Source of the DNA: Octopus sinensis
Lineage: Eukaryota
DNA length: 64,000 bases
Direction: 5' to 3'
Assembly: GCF_006345805.1 (NCBI RefSeq)
Contig: NC_043012.1
Location: 1,116,001-1,180,000, forward strand
In this document: in pieces, positions 54,421 to 64,000 of the stretch
How positions within the stretch are numbered: position 1 is the stretch's first letter
How the letters are laid out: each line of letters begins with the position of its first letter
Notes under the pieces: generated by a model
The model's database searches: none
What the model was told of the DNA's origin: nothing
Seen by the model: only the letters and a program-made list of their open reading frames with translations
Program-made: the position numbers and the translations under genes

Positions 54421-55115
54421 GCTGGCAGTCATTTTCTTAATTATTACTTGTAACAAAATATTTATTAATCCATATCTTACATATTTGATAAAATATGATT
54501 TTGACAGAGATTCTTTCAACATGGCAAGCTGGCAGAACCATTAGAGAATGCTGCTTTGTAGTATTTGTTCTGACTCTCCATGTTCTGAGTTCAAATCCTG
54601 CTGAGGTCAACTTCCCTTTTCTTCTTTCAGGGTCAATAAAAACGGTACCAAACAAAGGTATACCTTGGTCTGGGTACCTTGCGGCATTCGTTCAGTCCCT
54701 CTCTGTTCTGAGTTAAAATCCCACCATGGCCTACCTGGATAGTAACCTTAATCCATCACCCAGTATCTTGGCTGCCTTTAGCAGAGTCTACTGTACTGCA
54801 AGCATTCAGGCCAGATTTCAGGTTTGAGGAAAAACTTCCTCTTTCCCCCACCACACCCCACCCCATCCACCACTACCAGTCTCAGAAGCCCCTAATGAAG
54901 CAAAAGCACTAGCTCCTACCGTTTTAATCTTACGAAGAATTACCAAATTGTTCCAATTCCAACTTCAAACCATTATTATTTAGAATGTCTGACCCAACCC
55001 CATGCCATTTTTACGTATCTATTAAGTATTCTTTTTCTCTATGTTTTATGAAAAAAATCCAGTCCACATCTTTTGATGTCAAGAATTTTTCTAGAGAAGG
55101 GTAGATTTAATTTAC

Positions 55116-55188
55116 CTGTCTCTTTGAAGATAATATCTAGCACATTGATCGCAAAATGTTGTTCTTGGTCATGATGATCCTGTCTCTG
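55116..55188 (-). CDS. Candidate 73-nt exon QRQDHHDQEQHFAINVLDIIFKET
   Basis: Branch-like ctgac plus ccccactag| acceptor, donor CAG|gtaaat, single open frame; no homology recognised. Confidence 0.25.
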
Positions 55189-55417
55189 CTAGTGGGGTAA
55201 TAGCGAAGGTCAGTTACTAGTTCTAGGACATACTTCTACAAACTATCTCTGACTCCATCAGGAAGATTGGCAGAATCATTCGGGCATTGGACGAAATTCC
55301 TTAAGGATTTCCTTCCAGTTCTTTACATTTTGATTTCAAATCCTGTCCAAGGGTTAAACTTTGCCTTTCATGCTTTCAAGGTGGATAAAATAAAGTATGG
55401 GTGAAACACTGGCATCA

Positions 55418-55611
55418 TTAACCCCAGGACAAAATATTCTGCCATTTTACGTTCAAACTGGCCAGATCTAACATCTCAAACCTGCCCTACAATGTCGTTC
55501 TAAAAATAAACAAGAGTATCTTGAAGCCACAAGATAGTGCATGATTGATAAAGACATTGTGAATAAATAAACATCACATTTGACAAAGTAATCTGTATGT
55601 TAAAGGGTTGA
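55418..55611 (-). mobile_element. Older reverse copy of TTAA MITE family 1
   Basis: aaatattctgccattttacgttcaaactggccagatc...atgttaaagggttg. Confidence 0.65.
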
Positions 55612-55949
55612 AGTCAATTATTCCTTTTTTACCCCAAAATTGAGACTAGAAATTATTGTTGTTGTTGTTGCTGTAGTTAAAGCTATTACATGCTACATTA
55701 GTTGGCAGAGATGGTTATAGGAAATTTTTGCCATAAAGGTGGCACTCAAGCAGACTGTAAACTAGATCACTCATTTTAAAGAAATTATCTTTCCCTAATT
55801 GGTAGTTTAGTTGACGAACTTGTCATTTTAAGAAAGCAGTTAATCTTTATTTATTTATTTATTTATTTATTGCAATTTATTGTTTTTTTTACAGTGAATT
55901 GTCCAACAGCAAAAATGTTTACAGTGAATTTTTTTCTGGACATGGCAGG

Positions 55950-56700
55950 GATGCTATGTTGCAACTCCAACTTGAAGGATAAAAATGAGATTAATTAGCA
56001 TAAGACCAATGACTGCAGAAGGGTGACTTAAAAGGCTGCACTAAGACATTAAGTATGTAGTGCTCAAACCAGGCCCTCGGGACAAATTACACTGAACACC
56101 ATATTGATAAATGCACTGTTTCACCATTATGTAGAATTTGTTCTGAAAAGAAAGAATTCATAAGCAATATTGTCAGTGAGTGCAGTAAGCTAACACAGCA
56201 ATAATACAAAAGGAGATTTGAGAATGTGGCCAGCTGTATGCACTGGAATCTGTGTGATAAAGCAAAATTTGAGAGAACCAAGTGATGGTGTGTGCACAAG
56301 CTGGAAGAGGTACTGGAAACTGAACAATACAAAATTCTCTGAGATAATAGTATACAATGTAACCAGGTCATAGAGTCGAGACAGCCAGATATTGTGCAAA
56401 TTGATAAAAATGATTGAGGTTAAAATCATAAGTGTTGTGATGCCAAGTGATTTGAAGATGAAAGATAAAGAACTAGAGAAGATGGAGGAATACCAGCAAC
56501 TGAGGGACACGATGTGAAGGCTTTGGGGTATGAGGAAAGTGACTGTGATACTGGTTGAAATTTGAACATTGGCTGTGGTCTGTAAGAGGTTTGAAAAGTA
56601 CATTGACAATATTGCAGTTGCTATGAGGCTTGAAGTGATCCAGAAAACAGCTTTGTTAGGTACAGTTCATATCCTAAGGAAAGTCTTGTCCCTTTGAAAC
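55950..56700 (+). mobile_element. R4/Dong-type ORF C-terminal remnant (CCHC knuckle + PD-D endonuclease)
   Basis: QALGTNY..HIDKCTVSPLCRICSEKKEFISNIVSECSKLTQQ*YKRR..VASCMHWNLC...ESRQPDIV...QKTALLGTVHILRKVLSL*, multiple stops. Confidence 0.88.
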
Positions 56701-57545
56701 ACAGAAGAAAGCCTTAATTGAAACCTTTGGTAATTTGTTATTACCTACAAAGGTAGTGAGCTAGCAGAAATGTTAGCACACCAGGCGAAATGCTTAACAG
56801 AATTTCGTCCTTCTTTACATTCTGAGTTCAAATTCTGCCAAGGCTAACTTTTCCTTTCATCCTTTCCGGATCAATAAATGAAATGCCAGTTGCATACTGA
56901 TGTCGATCTAATCGACTGGTCCCCTCCCCGAAAATTCCAGGCCTTACGCCTGGAGTAGAAAAGAATCATTAGCACATTGAGCAAAATGCTTAGTGGCGTT
57001 TCAGCTGTCTTCACATTCTGAGTTCAAATTCCACTGAGGTCGACTTTGCTTTGCATCCTTCCGATGGTCAATAAAATAAGGTGCCAGCTGAACACTGACC
57101 TTGGGCCAAAATTTGGGCCAAAACCTTGGACCAAATTTGAAATCAGTTTGTTACTTACTACTTACAAGTAACAGAAAACTGTGAATTAAGGTTTACCCAA
57201 GTGTCAAAGAGAACATATTAATAATAATTAGTTAATTAAGTGAGGGACTTGATTAAAATTTCCACTGGGAATCATATCACAACCATTAATGCTTTATTTT
57301 TGGGAAATAAGAGTGAATGCTACAACTTTCCATAGAAAAAATATCCTATACATAGAACAAGTCGCACCTAAAAGTTTAAGATCCTTATTTCTATTCCTAC
57401 TCTTGTTATTATTTGTAATAATTCCTTTGAAAATTGTTACAGTTTACATGCTTCTATGTAAATCGCCACTCGCCTTTGTCTTTGCATTGTCCTAAATGTT
57501 TTTACAGCCTTTGAGGTCAATAAAGGAAGAATCATCACCACCACC

Positions 57546-57579
<34 letters not shown>

Positions 57580-57635
57580 TCATCATTATTATTATTATTG
57601 TTGTTATCATTATTATTATTATCGTTATTATTACT

Positions 57636-58505
57636 AAGGTGGCAAGTTGGCAGAATCGTTAGCATGCCGGGCAAAATGCTGAGAGGTATTTCGTCTGCCG
57701 TTCATCCTTTCGGGGTCGATTAAATAAGTACCAGTTACGCACTGGGATCAATATAATCGACTTAATCCGTTTGTCTGTCCTTGTTTGTCCTTTCTGTGTT
57801 TAGCCCCTTGTGGGTAGTAAAGAAATAGGTATTTCGTCTGTCACTACATTCTGAGTTAGTTTAAATTCTGCCGAGGTCAACATTGCTTTTCATCCTTTCG
57901 GGGTTCAATAAATTAAGTACCAGTTGTGCCCTGGAGTCAATGCAATCGACTTAATCCCTTCCCTCATATTTGAGGCCTTGTGCTTCCAGTAGAAAGGATT
58001 ATTGTTGTTATTATTATTATTATAATTATTATTATTATTATTATTATTATCCTTATTATTATTATCATTATTATTATTATTATCATTATTATTACTAAGG
58101 CAGAAAGCTGGCAGAATCGTTAGCACACTGGGTGAAATGCTTAGTGGTATTTTGTCTGCTGCTATGTTCTGAGTTCAAATTCTGCTGAGGTCAACTTTGC
58201 CCTTTGTCCTTTCTGGGTCGATTAAATAAGTACCAGTTATGCACTGGGTCGATGCGATCAACTTACCCTGTCCCTGCAAATTTCAGGCCTTGTATCTATA
58301 ATAGAAAAGATTATCTTTATTATTACTATTTAAGGTATCGAGCTGGCATAATCGTTAGCATGCCTACGTTCTGAGTTCAAATTCTGCTGAGGCTGATTAT
58401 GTCCTTCCTCTTTTTGGGGTCAATAAAATAAGTACCAGTTGAGCACTGGGGTCAATGTAATCGGCTTACCCAATCTTCTGAACTTGCTGGCTTTGTGCCA
58501 AAATT
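57636..58505 (+). mobile_element. Cluster of 4-5 same-orientation SINE family M units
   Basis: Repeated ggcagaatcgttagca / ttctgagttcaaattctgc / aataagtaccagtt modules separated by (ATT)n. Confidence 0.85.
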
Positions 58506-58522
58506 TGACACCATTATTATTA

Positions 58523-58559
<37 letters not shown>

Positions 58560-58582
58560 CATTATTATTATTATTATTATTA

Positions 58583-58631
<49 letters not shown>

Positions 58632-59122
58632 TATTATTATTATTATTGTTCTTGTTGTTGTTCTTGTTACTATCATTATTATTCATGGTTTTATAATATT
58701 TATTTTGTGCCATTCAGTCACGAGACAAAATTCCATCAGAGTCAGCTTTGCATTTTTTCTCTCCGGAGTTGATATTATACATCTATGTTACCATTCATAT
58801 ATATTAGTGTCAAAGCAGGCACCTGTTTCCTCTCTGTTTAATTACCAGAATCTTAGAAATAATAATTATAATTAATATTTTTATTTTCATCCATGTAATG
58901 TCCTCTTGTCCATTGCCCATATGGCAAATACAATGGTTATTATCATTATTATTATTATCATTATTATTATCATTATTATCATTATTATTATTATTATTAT
59001 TATTATATTATTATTATTATTATTATTATTATAATTATTATCATTGTGTATCAGAAAAATTATGATTGTTATAATTATTATTGTTGCTGTTGTTAGTATT
59101 AATGTTATTACTGTTGTTGTTG

Positions 59123-59168
<46 letters not shown>

Positions 59169-59629
59169 TATCATTATTATTATTATCATTATTATTTTAA
59201 AACTATATGATGAGCGTGATGTCATTGCAATAGATATTTTATTGGTTGAATAATGTCTGTTGCAATTGCAGTGCACGCTTCAGATTGTCTATTTACCTTT
59301 GTGAAGAGTTATGTCAATCCTTTTAAAATATTATTATTATTATTATTATTATTAACATTATTGTTGTTATTATGATTGTTAATATTATACTTATTATAAA
59401 ATTATCATTATTACTACCATTGTTAAAGAGCTTCAATATTGTATAAAATTTCCCTTTGATATTATTTAAGAAATAAAACAAAATTAAAGTTAAATGAATT
59501 TGTCTTCTGTTTTATTTTTTTTTCAAATATATAAGCTGGTAAAAAAAATGAAAGAAAGGAAGAAAGAGAATACAGTATGTGATGGTAGCAGTGATGGTTG
59601 CGGTAATGGTGACACTGGCAGCAGCAGTT

Positions 59630-60050
59630 GTGGTGGTGGTGGTGGTGGTGGTGGTTGTGGTGGTGGTGGTGGCGGCAGCAGTGGTGGCGGCAGCAGCAGT
59701 GGTGGTGGCAGCAGCAGTGGTGGTGGTGGTGGTGGTGGTGGTGGCAGTGGTAGTGGTGGTGGTGGCAGCAGCGGCAGTGGTGGTGGTGGCAGTGGTGGTG
59801 GCGGCGGTGGTGGTGGTGGTGGCAGTGGTGGCATTGTGGTAGTGGTGGTGGTCGTGGTGGTGGTGGTGGCGGTGGTGGTGGTGGTGGCAGCAGCGGCAGT
59901 GGTGGTGGCAGTGGTGGTGGTGGTGGCGGTGGTGGTGGTGGTGGTGGTGGTGGTGGTGGTGGTGGCAGTGGTGGCTGGTGGTAGTGGTGGTGGTGGTGGT
60001 GGTGGTGGTGTGGTGGTGGTGGTGGTGGTGGTGGTGGTGACAGTGGCAAT
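59630..60050. repeat. (GGT/GGC/AGC)n microsatellite
   Basis: Read directly; source of the 199-212 aa poly-G/V/P/H ORFs. Confidence 0.95.
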
Positions 60051-61035
60051 GGCGATGTCAACAGCGGTGGGAGTTTTTAGACCCAGATCAAATCTGTGCA
60101 GTCATAATAATCAAAAGACATTCCTTCAGTGAACATCACATCTTTTACTGAGATTTGTAAAATGACATTTACCTGATGAGTTCCTTGTAATTTTTAATGA
60201 CATTAAAGATGTAATTTGAGGCAGAGTCTGTTATTGCTTCTACCAAATTAAGAATCCACAAAGAGCGATTTCATTCTTTTTGCTGCCATCAGAGAATATC
60301 ACATATTTATAGGAATTCCTACAACCATGTTATATAATAGTTATGATAATGTGTCTTTTGCACTTTTGAAAATAGTTTCAATATGATTTGAGAGAGATTC
60401 AGTCACTATTTCTATTAAATCAAGCAACCACACAGAGGCTCCTTCATTGACTCAAACAATACAGTGTTTGTAGTATGCTGGGGACTGTACTTTTTAAAGA
60501 TATTAATGAAGTAATTTGAGGGCAAGTTTGTTGCTGCTTCTATGAAACCAAGGAACCACAAAGGGGTCTCAGGGAGTAGTGTTCCTGCCTTCTTGAGCTA
60601 CTTTTCCACCACATTTCTTAAAATTTGTGGGAGAGGCGTTGGTCTTCAAACCGCTCATGTCTAGAAACTGAGGTTGGGAGTAAACAAGGGCGGGCTCCCC
60701 GTAGAAAATCCAGCTCTGATAAAGCCTCATGATAGCAAAGGGGAATGGGTACCAGTCAGCCCAAAGGTTGGGGTGGGCTACACCTGTCTACTTTAGTTGC
60801 TATGGCATTGAGGTAGATCCAGCCACTCTCGTTAATGGGGACAAAACTCAGATTTAAAACACTGGATGATGATGATGCTGATGTACTTTGTTCAGTCTAT
60901 CAAATTATGTCTATTTTATCTCTGGGAGAATGTGGTTCTGTCTTTACTTCTCTCTACCACCCGATGCAAAGTCTACTTCTGCTTGTAACCTCACTCCAGT
61001 TGCAATTTAGCTAGAAGTTCAGAATGAATCACACT

Positions 61036-61264
61036 TTAACCCTTTAGTGTTCACATTATTCTGCTAAAATTAATCCCTTTTTATCCACATTGCCTTGAAC
61101 TAATCAGGCATTATTTTGTAGCTATGAGATTTTGATGAGGTAGCTGTTAATTTTTAAAACAATATTGTGGGGCTGGTGTGAGAGACCAGATCTGGCCAGT
61201 TTGAACATAAAACAGGCAGAATACTTTTGGCTGGATATGGCCAGTTTAAATGCTAAAGGGTTAA
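61036..61264 (+). mobile_element. TTAA-flanked MITE family 1
   Basis: TTAA-CCCTTTAG...CTAAAGGG-TTAA, close match to 7729-7957. Confidence 0.88.
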
Positions 61265-61899
61265 ACATCTTAACTGGAACATCTATCTAATATCCTATGA
61301 TAACATTCAATGGCTTCAACTTGCCTCTCCAGGTGCTGTGCAACAAACCCATCAACTGTACGAGATAAACCTTTTGCTCCTGTCACTGCCTCAAATTATT
61401 TCAAAAAACATATTGGCCATACTAACTTCCGCAGCATCCAACATGATTTTGCTGATATTGTATGCATGTTCCAGCATGGCTTTCCTGCTTCAGAGTTTAA
61501 CAGGATATCTTTGCTAACGTCCTCAAAGTGGCTCAGGAGCCAGTGCAGAAAGACTGGCTGAAAGAGAACAGTCTTAAGAGACTGTGCCTTTGATTCAAAC
61601 CACTTCACCAAATTTGTTCTTTAGTTTAACCACCAAACAGATGCTATTGTAATAACTGATGCAGCATACTCTCTAAAAATGAGGTTGAAACTGGTTGCCC
61701 TAGAAACAAGCAACGTTTGAAGTGGGAGAGAAACATGACAATACAGAACAAAAAATATTTACAAGCACCAGTTCCGCATAGCCCTTGCCCATTCAAAGTA
61801 CCTTGGATCCCAGAACATCTCGCTGTGCTTGAGGAGACCTGTTGAGTCAAGTGCATGTACATGAACATCGAAACAAATATCAATGGAAATAGTAGTTGT

Positions 61900-62361
61900 G
61901 ATACCTGTGCCGGTGGCACATAAAAAGCACCATCCGAACGTGGCCGTCGCCAGCCCCACCTCGACTGGCTTCTGTGCCAGTGGCACATAAAAACCACCAT
62001 CCGAATGTGGCTGATGCCAGTGCCGCCTCGACTGGCTTCTGTGCCGGTGGCACATAAAAAGCACCATCCGAACGTGGCCGATGCCAGCGCCACCTTTGCT
62101 GGCTTCCGTGCTGGTGGCACGTTAAAAGCACCAACCAATTGTGGCCGATGCCAGACTCCCCTGGCACCTGTGCCGGTGGCACATAAAAAGCACCCACTAC
62201 ACTCACGGAGTGGTTGGCGTTAGGAAGGGCATCCAGCTGTAGAAACACTGCCAGATCAGACTGGAGCCTGGTGCAGCCCCTGGCTTCCCAGACCCCGGTC
62301 AAACCGTCCAACCCATGCTAGCGTGGAAAACGGACGTTAAACGATGATGATGATGATGATG
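61900..62361 (+). mobile_element. Family V element with an internal 67-bp tandem array
   Basis: gtgccggtggcac units start at 61907, 61974, 62041, 62108 and 62170, followed by a well-preserved V-like core and a (GAT)n tail. Confidence 0.85.
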
Positions 62362-63335
62362 AAGCACAAAACATTTAGAAAATACATCAAGCATTCAGCT
62401 GTTCAATTTTCACATGCAAAGCATGTGACATGCTCATCTGTTCACATGCAAAACCATAAGTTCTTTATGTCTTTAGTATCACATGTATGAAACACATGTG
62501 GCGAAAGGAGGCTGGTGTTATTAATAAAGTTTTAGTGCTGATGTACTTATGAAAGTTTGTTTCTTATTATATGTCTATCTTTAAAGGTATGGTATATACA
62601 TTAGGTGGGGAATAAATTATTTTAGAAATCTGGCAGGGGAAGATTCCTCAAAACGCAATGCAATGCAACATGTGTAGTCACCAAAAAAAAAAAAAAGACA
62701 AGACTTTAAGAAAAGAAACCGAAACTAGAGGATCGTATCAAGTACTGACTATACAATCAGTACAAAATATATCTGATCACATCAGACATCATCATTTCTA
62801 CTGTAAGAAAATCAGAGTATGTACACATGGTAAGCACAAGACAAAAGTAAACCTCAGGATTTGAACTAAGAAATACAAGAAGATATGATTAAATATTACC
62901 AGACATTTTGTCTGCGACTCTGATAAATTTGCAACAACAACAACAACAGCTGCAACTAAAAATTATAAGAAATAAAAATATAGTGTATAATGACAGATTT
63001 AAATGAAGTGAAATAAATACATTTAAAATATAAACATATCAAGGTAAATACATTTACAGTGCAAATAAATATACGAAAAAATTTGAAAAATATAACAAAT
63101 TTCAATTTATTTTCATTCTAAGCAATTTACTTCTGTTTTTATTCTTAAGGTCACATGTTTATATCAAACAGATAATTTAATATTTCTAAACCAAAATGAA
63201 AAAAGGACAAAAGAATTTTTAAAAACTATTAATAAATATAAAATATTTTAAAAAGAATAAAGTGTATTTAAGAAAATTTTAAAGTAATATTTAAAAATTA
63301 AAAAGCATTTAGAGAAACCCTGTACACACACTCGT

Positions 63336-63389
<54 letters not shown>

Positions 63390-64000
63390 GTATATACACA
63401 CAGATATGCATGGACACGCATACACATACACACACATAAATACTAGGATTCGTTTCTTTGTTTGTTATTAAATTTAAGTATTTCATATATAACAGGAAAT
63501 TCTATCAAGAAATTTTGCTATCTGAATGTTTTTCATTTAATATTTTAAAATAATGATAGAAATCAATATTTTAAATTATTTTTACTTTTAAAAAATGTCT
63601 TGGAAATATTTTAATACTGGATATTTTACGTTTCTTTTTTAGTTCTTACATCATCGTTTTTTTTTTAGAGTTGTTTTTCTAATTTGTTTTTGCTTGCTAT
63701 ATTTATGTGATGGTTCTATTTTAAATAGAAATGCACATTTATAGATTACATATATATTTTTTCCTTGGTACTGCAAAAATACACCTGATTGAAAATATGA
63801 CCGTGGAAAGAATATACTTCTTAAAATCTATATATCTAACTATCTCTACCTGTGTGTGTGTGCATGATAATGATGTATATATATATATATATATGTATTA
63901 TCATCATTTACCATCAGATTTCCATGTTAGCATGGGTTGAATGGTTTGACAGGAGGTAGTTAGGCAAAAGACTGCACCCTGCTTTGCTGTCTGTTTTGGT

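Noticed and set aside
60196-60570. Three diverged ~75-bp units at ~150-bp spacing with an aligned in-frame TGA (DVI*GRVCYCFY / EVI*GQVCCCFY), suggesting Sec/Trp recoding or tandem exons
   Set aside because: Homologous non-coding-looking copies occur at about 34385-34450 and 34845-34895 (gagcct...tagaaatagcagccaaat...ctcaaat); frameshifts and TAG/TAA stops lie between units; best explained as decayed copies of a dispersed repeat
424-63940. The large majority of listed ORFs (poly-IY/VC, poly-I/L/N, poly-D/M/H, poly-G/V/P)
   Set aside because: Translations of (TA)n, (TG)n, (ATT)n, (GAT)n and (GGT)n microsatellites; no coding signal

Overview
AT-rich animal genomic DNA dominated by (TA)n/(TG)n, (ATT)n, (GAT)n and (GGT)n microsatellites and by dense interspersed repeats. 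The SINE repertoire and repeat landscape look like a cephalopod, most likely Octopus; this is an inference from recalled families, not a database search. Almost every ORF in the supplied track is a microsatellite translation artefact, and I could not identify any intact, nameable host gene. Supported content: four tRNA-derived or SINE-like families in many copies; a decayed Tc1/mariner element with intact TIRs and a nested TTAA (piggyBac-type) MITE; further TTAA and hAT-type MITEs; three R4/Dong-type retrotransposon 3' remnants; RTE and CR1/L2-like LINE remnants; and Penelope-like terminal remnants carrying two degenerate minimal hammerhead-ribozyme motifs. The most unusual local structures are an 85-bp-arm perfect palindrome (21.8 kb), a second near-perfect palindrome (49.9 kb), a recent order-swapped duplication (A-B...B-A, 25-28 kb) overlapping a splice-competent ORF, and a 41-bp templated insertion copied from 4 kb away. 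A CpG-retaining promoter-like site with an RFX half-site and ATG-GCT|gtaaga lies at 50.2 kb. All exon calls are low-confidence splice-signal candidates without recognised homology.
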